From an uncultured Nitrososphaeraceae archaeon (lineage in GTDB: Archaea > Thermoproteota > Nitrososphaeria > Nitrososphaerales > Nitrososphaeraceae): a stretch of DNA of 64,000 nt. The notes under the pieces are model-generated. The model was not told the origin of the DNA and did no database searches. It worked only from the letters and a program-made list of their open reading frames with translations. The stretch covers positions 32,001 through 96,000 of the forward strand of contig CAWIMJ010000034.1 in assembly GCA_963837175.1 (NCBI GenBank), in the 5' to 3' direction. Positions within the stretch are counted from its first letter, which is position 1, and each line of letters begins with the position of its first letter. Positions 1-9,577 of the stretch are shown piece after piece. The position numbers and the translations under genes are program-made.

Positions 1-1000
1 ATCTATTGTTCTCATCAGATATTTCACAATATCTAGATTGAATCTTGTAGTTCTGTAATAATACGAAATTGTATCTTTTAGAAAATCAAACAATGGATAA
101 TAAGTAGAAAGTATATGATACTTTCCTTGTCTCCAGCATTCTTCTACTGCATCAAATTCAGGAGATCCAACAGGAAAATATTCTAATCTGATGGTATCCT
201 TATTAGAATCAAGGAATCTTTTTGTAATCTTTGAACAGTGTGGTGTAGCTCTATCAACAAAAATTACAATTTTACCAACAAATCTTTTCTGTACCTGTTT
301 TAGATAATTAACAAACGTCTTGCTGTTAAATTTATCATATTGTTTGAATAGTTGTTTACCGTCTAAAGATAGACAGCCAAATACAATTGTTCTTTTTCTG
401 GAACCTGTTACAGTTATTATGGGACGTTTGTATTTAGAAATCCATTTCTTTCTTCTGATTGTATAATCATATACAAATATGGATTCATCTTTACAAGTTA
501 CAGTCCAGTCTGATTTTAGATTTTCAATAATATGGTTTACTCTTTTTTGAATTTCATTTTTTCCTTTGCTGAAGCAGTATTTACAAACCTTTTCTGTGGT
601 ACTTTAGATTTGAAACCCCATTTGTGTAATAGACGGTAAATATGTACCTCATGATATCTTACTCCTGTCTTTTTGTAAATAAGATCCATTACCTGTCTGA
701 AATCCCAACCGGTATTACTTTCAGCCAATTCCTGTTTATTTTTATCATTACACCTTTTGGTACATCTGGAGGTCTACCACTTCTTGGTTGATCTTTTAAT
801 CCATCCAGTCCATCTTTATCAAATCTATGTAACCATTTGTAAGCCCACCATCTTGATGTGTTTAATTCATGTTCTGCTACAGATGCCGCTTCTTGTTTGT
901 CTATCTTGACACGTTTTACAAGTAGTATTCTTTCCTTTACATTACTGTCTTTTTCTTTCTTGTATGCATTATTTAGAACAGCGTTAATCGATACGAACAA
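1..1000 (-). pseudogene. IS630-family transposase in several frames (HTH 689-1000, winged-HTH 537-728, DDE domain about 1-536)
   Basis: HTH motif 'WLHRFDKDGLDGLKDQPRSGRPP'. Manual translation below 536 gives 'KDESIF...IVIFVDRATPH...GSPEFDAVEECWR'. An A6G run near 541-549 may be a programmed frameshift; other breaks are also present. Confidence 0.8.
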
Positions 1001-1087
1001 TTATTAAAACTGACTATATATTAGCAAGCTAAATTGGTTATGGTAAAAATAATTAGGTAATAGTATGAATCTATGTTAGTTAGTATA
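1..1087 (-). mobile_element. IS630-family insertion sequence (other end lies outside the window)
   Basis: Transposase pieces at 1-1000. Terminal sequence TATACTAACTAACATAGATTCAT (minus strand, ends at the TA at 1086-1087) resembles the TIRs of the 116-bp MITEs. Confidence 0.8.
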
Positions 1088-1380
1088 GATGGTACAATAA
1101 TTCACGTAAATAGATTAGGATAAAAAACACCTTGTCTATGAATACTGGATTTAGGAACTTGATAATGGAAAGATTTGTACAACAGATAAAGGATAAGATA
1201 GAAACAATGTTTTGATGATCACTTTTCCTATACAAAAAGGATAGAGGTGGAACAGATATCACAAATGTCTCTGTAAAAATCTATTGGAGTCAATGTGTCC
1301 TTGTTGTACATACAGTAATTGTTGTAAATGGATCAAAGAAGGATAAGTAGAAGAATTCAATTGAATTCTAAAGTGTTGCA

Positions 1381-1402
1381 GACAAAGAAGTTTATATATA
1401 TA
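1381..1402 (+). promoter_or_regulatory. Archaeal BRE/TATA promoter of the 1420 gene
   Basis: Purine-rich GACAAAGAAG followed by TTTATATATA, about 20-30 nt upstream of the GTG start; similar in copy 2. Confidence 0.5.
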
Positions 1403-1419
1403 ACCTTTGTGATAAAAGT

Positions 1420-1839
1420 GTGAAGTCAAAAGCGATATTAATTGGAACGATGACAATTCTAGCAATTTTCGTGGGAACCTCGGCTTTTTCAAATAGTGCA
1501 TACGCGGCGACCATACATGTGGCATGTGCAACTCCGCCTAACGAAAATCCAGCACCATCTGACGGAACCTCGTTGGTTTATGCAATAATAAATAACAATT
1601 TGATAGATTTTACTGAAGTAGTTGCTGATGATGTGTTCGGCCATTCTATAGGATGGGATCCAAATGGAGCGGATACATCTTTCATAGTAGACGTACCTTC
1701 TTTTGCCAGTAGTAATTCAGTAATTGCGGTAAGCACAAATGATCCTGTTAATATTAATGTCTGTGGCGTAAATCTTGTTATTCCTGAAGGTTTAGAGGCA
1801 AATATTACAAAGTCTATGAACACGACAGCATCCAAATAA
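1420..1839 (+). CDS. Secreted hypothetical protein (signal peptide)
   Basis: Basic N-terminus, hydrophobic stretch and 'SAYA' cleavage-like site; paralog at 15782-16203. Confidence 0.7.
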   Translation: MKSKAILIGTMTILAIFVGTSAFSNSAYAATIHVACATPPNENPAPSDGTSLVYAIINNNLIDFTEVVADDVFGHSIGWDPNGADTSFIVDVPSFASSNSVIAVSTNDPVNINVCGVNLVIPEGLEANITKSMNTTASK

Positions 1840-1984
1840 TTTTCTTCCTTTTTTTTCTTTGATTAAGGTATATTTACACAATTATAAAAATATAAATCCC
1901 TCTTCTTCTATTCTTCAAATCTATTTTACGTATAAAGCATTTATATTGTATCATTAGTTTCCCTCGGATCAAAGGTTTGCGGAT

Positions 1985-2280
1985 CTATCTTGTATGTACT
2001 CAAATCTCGGATACCTTCCTTCTGAATTTAAGATATTTATTTACCCCGGCTCTTATGCTAGTTCGGGGTCAAGCTGATCTTCAGTGGTCTCTGCTTGCAT
2101 TAAACCTTTGTACCCTTTCGTACCCTTTCCGGTATTTGGATTTCCTCCTGATTCCGCTGCAATGATGCCTCTTACTAAATAGGGATTTATTCCCACCTAA
2201 TCTTCTGATTCTCTCTATTTATGCTTAGATTGAAATCATACAGCGCATAATTAGGTCTAGACTGAGGTGACCTTTCAACA
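1985..2280 (-). pseudogene. Lytic transglycosylase (SLT-domain) remnant carrying a leader homologous to the 20943 gene; not in the ORF track
   Basis: Manual translation: 'VERSPQSRPNYALYDFNLSIN' then 'VGINPYLVRGIIAAESGGNPNTGKGTKGYKGLMQ...DP./TSIRAGVNKYL' (ES catalytic motif and GLMQ motif). Confidence 0.75.
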
Positions 2281-2342
2281 TTCATTGTCACGTTGATAAC
2301 TCTATAAGCTTGCGCTCAATAATCGTATAGACTTGCTGTAAC

Positions 2343-2672
2343 CTTATCAGTTGGTTCAGAGGTCATAAAAAAGCTATTTCACTATTTTGCCAACCATTAT
2401 GAGGGAGCAATTCAGATATATTCCAAGCTTCTATAATATTGATCTTGACATCCCCTTACAAGCTGACCAAAAAAATTGCGAATATTATGTTTGTAGAATT
2501 AAGAAAGCTACACCATAATGTCATGAGAAGAAGCATGGATATGAACGAAGCTGATATCTTGGCTGGTCGTGCTAAATCAGTTTCTGCTAAACATTATGCT
2601 ATGTATGAGCTGGATAAACTTACAAATTCATATATGCAGGCTTGGAGCAAGTTTGGGTTGAAGTTTTCATGA
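2343..2672 (+). pseudogene. C-terminal fragment of an archaeal tyrosine integrase (paralog of 7044-7964)
   Basis: 'ELRKLHHNVMRRSMDMNEADILAGRAKSVSAKHY' is nearly identical to the end of the 7044 protein; frameshifted upstream. Confidence 0.85.
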
Positions 2673-2772
2673 GAAATCTTGATGTATATGCTATATCCTT
2701 TCCATTAGCCAACAATAACAAAAAGAATTGGACAAGATAAAACAAACAAGATTCAATTTATTACGATGTATC

Positions 2773-2888
2773 TATACTGCCTAACATAATTTCGTATATC
2801 TTTTAAAACCAAGTAAAAGGATTTTTTAAGCATAGTAAACCTTACATATTAAGAAAAATCTGTAAACGAACTTTTGTTAGTGAGTATA
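2773..2888 (+). mobile_element. 116-bp IS630-type MITE, copy 1
   Basis: Imperfect TIRs TATACTGCCTAACATAATTTCGT / ACGAACTTTTGTTAGTGAGTATA with TA ends; three copies in the window. Confidence 0.85.
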
Positions 2889-3471
2889 TTCTAAAATTAA
2901 CACAAATAATAAATGTTATCTTTCATAAGCATTGATACTAATTCATAGGACTGTGGTCAGATAACTTATTATTTCATGGTCAGATGATCCTTATATGATC
3001 GTCAAATTTACATCTGATTCTATAAACCCTGACATGACATTGTATATATAATCATTGAACATCATCGAAGAAAGGATACAAAATCTTATGAAGTAAGAAA
3101 ATGTAAAGACTAAATAATCTATAGCAGCAAAAATCGTAAAATCAATTAGAGAACAAGTCATTAAGCAATGACTTCAAGGCACTTCTAAAGAGAAAATTGC
3201 TAAAAATAATAGAACAGGAACTCGAACTTTAAGTTGTATTATAAGAGACTGTAATGAAGGTTTTCTAGATATTAGCTTCTTATTTAGAGGAGTCGACTTA
3301 TAAGGTGACTTACCTTCATGTACTTTCATAGCGTGTTTCTGATAAGTATTTAACAGTTAAACCGTTACCATATAGAGGAACTAAATTATAAATTTCAATC
3401 CTATCTTAGTTTCTAACTTATCTTATTTCCCTCATTCACTAGCTTCTTCTTTATGTTTCAATCCTATCTTA

Positions 3472-4345
3472 GAGCCTATCCCAAAAATAGATAGACATAT
3501 AGCTTGAAGATAATCTGCTTATAGATGTGACGTATAAGAGAAAGAAACATTTTCCAACTATCAGAAAAATTCCAGATGATTTATGGGAAGAGATCAAGCT
3601 AATACTTCCTCCAGAAAAATCAAATAAAACTATAGGGCGCCCTGTTGTCCCATTTAGAAGAGTTCTTGACGGTATTCTATATGTTTTAAGAACTGGATGC
3701 CAATGGAAGATGTTACTGAAAGAATATGGTTCTGGTTCTACATCTCATAGGCGGTTTCAACAATGGATAGTATCTAAAGTATTTCACAGATTATGGATTA
3801 GACTATTGAAAGTTTATGATGATCTTAGAGGTATTAAATGGACATGGCAATCGCTTGATAGTGTATCAGTGAAAGCTCCTTTAGGGGGGACATGATTGGT
3901 CCAAATCCTACTGATAGAGGCAAATTGGGAACTAAGCGTCATGTACTGACAGACCAACGTGGCATTCCAATATCTGTTGTCATTACATCTGCAAATACAC
4001 ATGACATGAAGGCTGCAACAGATACACTGGATAGTGTGGTAGTTGAAAGATCGTTAAAGAAACAGAATCTGTGTCTTGACAAAGGATACGACTTTCCAGA
4101 AATAGAAAAAGAATCTATCAATAGAAGGTACATCCCGCATATCCGTCACAGAGGAGAAGAGAAAAAAGGATTGATAAAGATAGGATACATGGCAAAGAGA
4201 TGGGTTGTAGAAAGAACTAACTCGTGGCATAATAGGTTTAGGAAATTACTAGTAAGGTATGAAAAGAAGTCAGAGAACTATCTTGCACTGGTTTGTTTAG
4301 CTTGCTGTATTATTGTCTACAGGAGGATAATTTTGGGATAGGCTT
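3472..4345 (+). mobile_element. IS5-family element (IS427/IS1031-like), 874 bp, TTA target duplication
   Basis: TIRs GAGCCTATCCCAAAA / TTTTGGGATAGGCTT, with TTA on both sides. Confidence 0.9.
3527..4341 (+). CDS. IS5-family transposase in two overlapping ORFs (3527-3895, 3892-4341), probable frameshift at the G run
   Basis: Motifs 'ILYVLRTGCQW', 'DRGKLGTKRHVLTD', 'LDKGYD', 'RWVVERTNSW'. Confidence 0.9.
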
Positions 4346-4610
4346 TTAGTCAGTTTCTAACTTTCTTTCTTTCTGATACCTCTTAAACCGATTGGCTGTC
4401 CTTTTACTGGCAGTCTGCTGTTCACCAAAAGAATTGTGTTGTCCTAAAGGCGACTGCTGTTCAATTAATGAGCCATGGTCTTGCTGTCTTTTTCAGAGAG
4501 TTGCTCTTGTACTCCAGAGGCTCTCACTCCATTGCTTTGCTGTCCTCCTCTAAAACCATGGTGTTGTCCTCATGCTAAAGGCGGCTGCTGTCCAATAGGA
4601 ACGGAATGTT

Positions 4611-5381
4611 GTGAAGGCTGCCTGCCAAATTGAGTGTCCAGAAGGTACTACAAGGTGTCAGGGTAGGGAATGCTGTAAAGAGTATGAAAGTTGTTGTCCT
4701 GATGGCACATGCGCTTCATACGGCTGTTGTGGGAAAACATGTCCAACTATTGATGACCCTCCCAATTACACAGTTTGCTGTCGTGGTGCATGTCATCCAG
4801 AGGGTTCAGTATGTTGTGGTAGTGATTCTATGTGTTCATCAGATGAGACATGTTGTGCTGATAATCGCTGCGCTCCTCCGGGTAATCCATGCTGCGATAG
4901 TGCACGTGACTGTCCTCCTGATAATCCAGTCTGTTGTGGACACATTTGCCAAGAAGCTGGTACGACAATTTGCATATTTGATGGAAGAGAATTTTGTTGT
5001 CCACCTGGCCGCACCTGTTGTGTAAGTGCGAACCGCTTTGATTGCTGTTCATCGGGTGAGACCTGTTGTGGTGGGGAGTGCTGTTCATCAGATGAATTCT
5101 GTTGTGATGGTAGAATTTGCTGTCCATCGGATGAAATCTGCTGTATTACCGGAAACATACGGTGGTGCTGCCCACCAGATAAAACCTGTTGTGGAACATC
5201 TTGCTGTTCACCGGATGAATTCTGTTGTGGAGAGAGTTTTTGCTGTCGATCAGGATTCAAATGTTGTGGAGGGAAATATTGCTGTCCACCAGATACCAGA
5301 TGCTGTGAGCAAGGCTGCTGTAGGATAACAATATCTGCTGTAGCCCGGAGTAATGATGTGGGCCTAATGGCTGCACCTTAA
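4611..5381 (+). CDS. Cysteine-rich CC-repeat protein, probably 5'-truncated or frameshifted (Cys-rich coding extends back to about 4375)
   Basis: About 61 Cys in 256 aa by my count, mostly as CC pairs every 5-9 residues; upstream frames also read 'CCSPKELCCPKGDCCS' and 'WCCPHAKGGCCPIGTECC'. Confidence 0.7.
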   Translation: MKAACQIECPEGTTRCQGRECCKEYESCCPDGTCASYGCCGKTCPTIDDPPNYTVCCRGACHPEGSVCCGSDSMCSSDETCCADNRCAPPGNPCCDSARDCPPDNPVCCGHICQEAGTTICIFDGREFCCPPGRTCCVSANRFDCCSSGETCCGGECCSSDEFCCDGRICCPSDEICCITGNIRWCCPPDKTCCGTSCCSPDEFCCGESFCCRSGFKCCGGKYCCPPDTRCCEQGCCRITISAVARSNDVGLMAAP

Positions 5382-5599
5382 TTGCTTAGGAACTTTGCCA
5401 TGTGGATCCATATTTTATTTGCACTTTGAATCTCAAATCTGAATGTACCCTCGGGCCCTACTATTCGTGCTAACTTTTGCTGCTCAACGCGTCGCTTAAC
5501 TCGGTAATAGGTCATTCTGCTTATTTCATGCCCATTTGATTTAAGATAATGAAGAGCTTCATTTTCTCTTAGACGCATAATTGTACAATTCACAATCAT
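5378..5599 (-). pseudogene. N-terminal fragment of a small HTH-like archaeal hypothetical protein
   Basis: 'IMRLRENEALHYLKSNGHEISRMTYYRVKRR' is HTH-like; short, with an unrelated-looking tail. Confidence 0.35.
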
Positions 5600-5728
5600 T
5601 TTTTAGTATCAGATAGCACGCTCAAAATGATACAAAAAAGTATCAACAATGCACTTAGCTTTATAGGTTATGCATATCTATTTTCCATCGGCAGAGGCAG
5701 GCTTTGATGAAAGAGAAATGGATGGCTT

Positions 5729-5792
5729 TTATAATTATTATTACCTACTTTTACGGGTACTTTTGAGCGTAAATTGTGAATGTATATGGATG
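5729..5792. repeat. ~64-bp direct repeat, copy 1 (copy 2 at 6988-7050)
   Basis: TTATAATTATTATTACCTACTTTTACGG...TTTGAGCGTAAATTGTGA.TGTATATGGATG at both positions. Confidence 0.9.
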
Positions 5793-5878
5793 CTATGTCT
5801 CTCTCCCCCTTCTCAGGGTATATATCACGGCCATCCATTGCCCATATACATTTACTGGGCTTCCTCCAACGACACTGA

Positions 5879-6915
5879 TTGATAGACATTTTTGATATAC
5901 TACAAAATTTAAATAAGTTGTATAATGTATTTGAAAAGAAGCAAAAGACAATGTCAAGTAGAAGAAGAAATACGATTACGACTGCCTATACGGCTACCTT
6001 TGTAGCGAATAATGACAAATTCCCCTCCCTTTCCCATCGTGAGCATTGTGCAGTAAGCAGTAATCAGATTGAAAAGATAGGGCTAAGTCAAGGTCAGCAA
6101 ATTCGCATATTAAGGCCTACAGCAAACGGAACAAAACTTGCACTTTACACAATAACAGATGTGCATAATGGTGATGGCGAGTACTCAGAAGACACTGTAC
6201 TTGTGGGCTATGGAGATCAAGATGATCTTCAGTAGCGTTGCGGCTACCCCTGGGGGAACACTTTTTCAAGGGCGAAATTGATGTTCAGGCCACAGCTGAG
6301 GGTCTTGATGATGATAAGGCAAAAGAAAATAGTGAATTTATTGAACACCTTTGTGACGGCGGCCAAAATACCGGTCTAATCGTCATCGCTCCGCACGGAG
6401 GCGATATCGAAGCACATACAGACGAGCAAGCGCAATATGTTTATGATCAGCTTATTCTTTCATCGTCCTATCGTGTTTCTACATGGATCTGCAAAGGTTT
6501 CAATAAAAGAGAAGACGGTGGCGCCTTTAACCGTTGGCACATTACTTCAATTGATATCAGCGATAAATCATTTCCAAAGCTTAAGACAGTTTATCAGCGC
6601 GGCTTTGAATATGCCGTTGCCTTCCATGGATTTAATGATGAAAAATATCCAAAGTCCGTTTGCATTGGAGGATTAGTGGACAAGACTCTGAAGGAGGATA
6701 TAAAAACGGCCATCAAGAATGAAGACTCTGAGATAGATATATTCATAGATAGCCAGTGCCCAAGAAACATTAACGGTGATAATAAGTATAACATTGTAAA
6801 CCGCCTTAGCACAAATGGTCTGCAAATTGAACAAACTGAGGAGGTTCGGGATGATTTGCGATTTATAATCGCTGATGCAGTTGTCAAAGTCATTGGTCCC
6901 AAGATAAAGGTCTGA
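5879..6915 (+). pseudogene. Poly-gamma-glutamate hydrolase family protein (DUF867/PghP-like), broken at about 6235
   Basis: 'LIVIAPHGGDIEAHT', 'WHITS', 'AVAFHG', 'NIVNRL..GLQIEQ'. N-terminal ORF 5879-6235 and catalytic ORF 6238-6915 are in different frames. Confidence 0.8.
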
Positions 6916-6987
6916 CTGCATGTCAATGTTAGATGAGCCGAATAATACTCTATTTACATCAAATGCAAAAAAATTTGTGGATATCTA

Positions 6988-7050
6988 TTATAATTATTAT
7001 TACCTACTTTTACGGTATTTTTGAGCGTAAATTGTGACTGTATATGGATG
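6988..7050. repeat. ~63-bp direct repeat, copy 2, overlapping the integrase start codon
   Basis: Matches 5729-5792 and ends in ATGGATG, the first bases of the integrase ORF. Confidence 0.9.
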
Positions 7051-7964
7051 GCTTAAAAACACTAGTCAACTCTGGTTCATTCGAACCAACCTTTTACAAA
7101 AATATAAACTTGGATGATATGCTCAAATATCTTTTAACTATTCGAAAGCTTGACAACAAACATGTAAAAGACATAGTGAGTTACTTTAGACGTTTCCGAG
7201 ATCTATTCTTTGGACCTCAGCCTGAGGAGATTCTCAAATTCAGCCCACCTAAAAGAGGATGGATTATACAAGCTATGCGTCATTTCGGTAACTATTATTA
7301 TTATAAAACTAATAATCCAGAATGTAAAGAACTGATTGAGAAAATTATCAATCGATATGGACTAAATATTGGTTTGGATATGCATCAAAGGATTTACATT
7401 GTAGATGACAACTTCGTTAGTAATAATGTTAAGGTTCTTCTGGCAATTCAAGGTGATATAGGTCAAACAGTCAAAGTTGGCTTGTTCACTGGTTTAAGAG
7501 AGGATGAAATTATCTACATTCATAATAAAGAACTATATAGTAATCTCGGAGGTTGTTCTTGTAATAAACTCCATGCAGTCACCAAACCAAATGGTCTAAC
7601 TGTTGTTGTCATCAATTGGTTTAGGGGTCACAAAAAATGCTATTTCACTATTTTACCAACCATCATGCGGGAGCAATTCAGAAACATTCCAAACTTCACT
7701 CATGTAGATATTGATATTGCTCATAAACTTACAAAGAAAATTGCTAATCTTATGTTTGTAGAATTAAGAAAACTACACTATAATGTCATGAGAAGAGTCA
7801 TGGATATGAATGAGGCTGATATCTTGGCTGGTCGTGCTAAATCAGTTTCTGCTAAACATTATGCTATGTATGAGTTGGATAAACTTACAGAGGCTTATGC
7901 TCAGGCATGGAATAAATTTGGAGTAAATATCTCTGAATCAGATGAAATCAACTATAGCATATGA
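7044..7964 (+). CDS. Archaeal tyrosine recombinase/integrase (SSV1-like catalytic motifs)
   Basis: 'GLFTGLREDEI' (Arg box I), 'ELRK', 'DILAGR' and 'KHY' (catalytic Tyr). Confidence 0.8.
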   Translation: MDGLKTLVNSGSFEPTFYKNINLDDMLKYLLTIRKLDNKHVKDIVSYFRRFRDLFFGPQPEEILKFSPPKRGWIIQAMRHFGNYYYYKTNNPECKELIEKIINRYGLNIGLDMHQRIYIVDDNFVSNNVKVLLAIQGDIGQTVKVGLFTGLREDEIIYIHNKELYSNLGGCSCNKLHAVTKPNGLTVVVINWFRGHKKCYFTILPTIMREQFRNIPNFTHVDIDIAHKLTKKIANLMFVELRKLHYNVMRRVMDMNEADILAGRAKSVSAKHYAMYELDKLTEAYAQAWNKFGVNISESDEINYSI

Positions 7965-8675
7965 ATATTAATAATTATTTTTCTTGGCGTGCATATATCG
8001 TAGTTGATACTTATAATCATATCATAGCCATGCATAACCTCATATACTTACCATAATATTCTCCAGAATAAGGGGTAAGAAAACAATTGAAAAGGTGAAT
8101 CCAGCTAATGTTTGGGAAAGCGCTGCTAAAAATTTGAGTCTATAGAAGGTGTATACATATCAGCAGCTTTATTATACTAAATGCTTTAAGTAAATCAAAA
8201 GAACCATTAAGCACAACTCAAATATCAGAAAAAATTGCAATTAATTCACGGGGTCAGTTATTCAAAGTTTCTGGAGCGCTCAAAGAAACCGACAAATACA
8301 ATAATCTTATAGTATGTAATGCGTCATCATCAACAGGTATACCATCCCAACAATTACCATTAATGCATATTGAGGATTATAAAGATATGATATTAGATGA
8401 ATCTAAAAGGCTTTATGATAGACTATTGAAACATTTTACAAATAGTATTATGGATAATGCTCCCGACAAGCCTTCTTTATCCGACCCCAAATTGTCATCC
8501 ACATTCCCTAGGCCATCAAATCGGGGTAATACATACAGAATAGAATAGAAGAACATGGAAGTTCTCATAATAGTGAAGATGATATTGCTGATTGATTTAA
8601 TAATTGCGTTGGTTAATTTTGAAATATCCATAACTTAATTTTGTAGTGATTGTAGTAAAGTAAGATCCTTCCATC

Positions 8676-8791
8676 TATACTCACTAACAAAAGTTCGTTT
8701 ACAGATTTTTCTTAATATGTAAGGTTTACTATGCTTAAAAAATCCTTTTACTTGGTTTTAAAAGATATACGAAATTATGTTAGGCAGTATA
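8676..8791 (-). mobile_element. 116-bp IS630-type MITE, copy 2 (inverted)
   Basis: Reverse complement of 2773-2888. Confidence 0.85.
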
Positions 8792-9577
8792 CTTTTAGAT
8801 GCATGTATCCAAATTTCAGAAAATAGGCATTATTGCGTAGTTTCTAATAATACTAGTATTAACACGCTGTTGATTTCAGTTATGTCAAGCAAGAATACCT
8901 ATGAAGGACATGACTAGATTATAATATAACTTATTCAGTTTAATCCATTCTTGACAGTCCATTTAGAGAAAAGAGTGTAGAAGGGATTCAGCATTTGATT
9001 ACATTAAAATCAATAAAAGGAAACTGTTATACATCTATTATAATCTCTCTTGCATATTAAACACAGAACCAATTCATATGTAAAGGAGGAAGACCTATAA
9101 AATCTCACAATAAGATCCAATCGTGTCAGAAGATTTTGAATTCCACCTTGCAAAGGGCAAAATAAAAGAAGAACAATCAATCGATGTATGTGTAAGAGCA
9201 GGGATTGGATTTAGTGATTACAAGACGCTAACTAGTATATCCCAAATACAATTCAAGTGAACTTTATATTGCCATAAAAATTGTTTTCTTTGTTTGCATA
9301 TGCGTATATACTATAGTGTGGTTCTAGTAAATACAATTGTTGGACAAATATGAAATAAGATTTTTATTTTTCTATTATAGAGCAGAATTTAATTTTAGAA
9401 CGTCATCTTTTATACAGGACTTCTCTTGCTGACATCAGTTTGATTAACATTTTCTAATTTATTTATACATTAATTGCACTAATCAATCGATCATGGACTA
9501 ACTCATAAAATGTAGAACCAGAGCGTTTTTCTTTTCTAATCAAATAATATTTATTTTCTAAAATATCAATTAGTCTA

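Larger units (their letters stand above)
1086..1959. repeat. ~870-bp dispersed duplication, copy 1 (copy 2 at 15451-16320)
   Basis: Near-identical sequence from TAGATGGTACAATAATTCACG to TTATATTGTAT(C/T)ATTAGTT at both loci. Confidence 0.95.

Noticed and set aside
4630-5328. Overlapping VV-rich and QQ-rich ORFs
   Set aside because: Alternative frames of the TGY-rich Cys gene.
5729-7964. Classical integron
   Set aside because: No attC-like palindromes or cassette array, and the integrase motifs are SSV1-like, not IntI.
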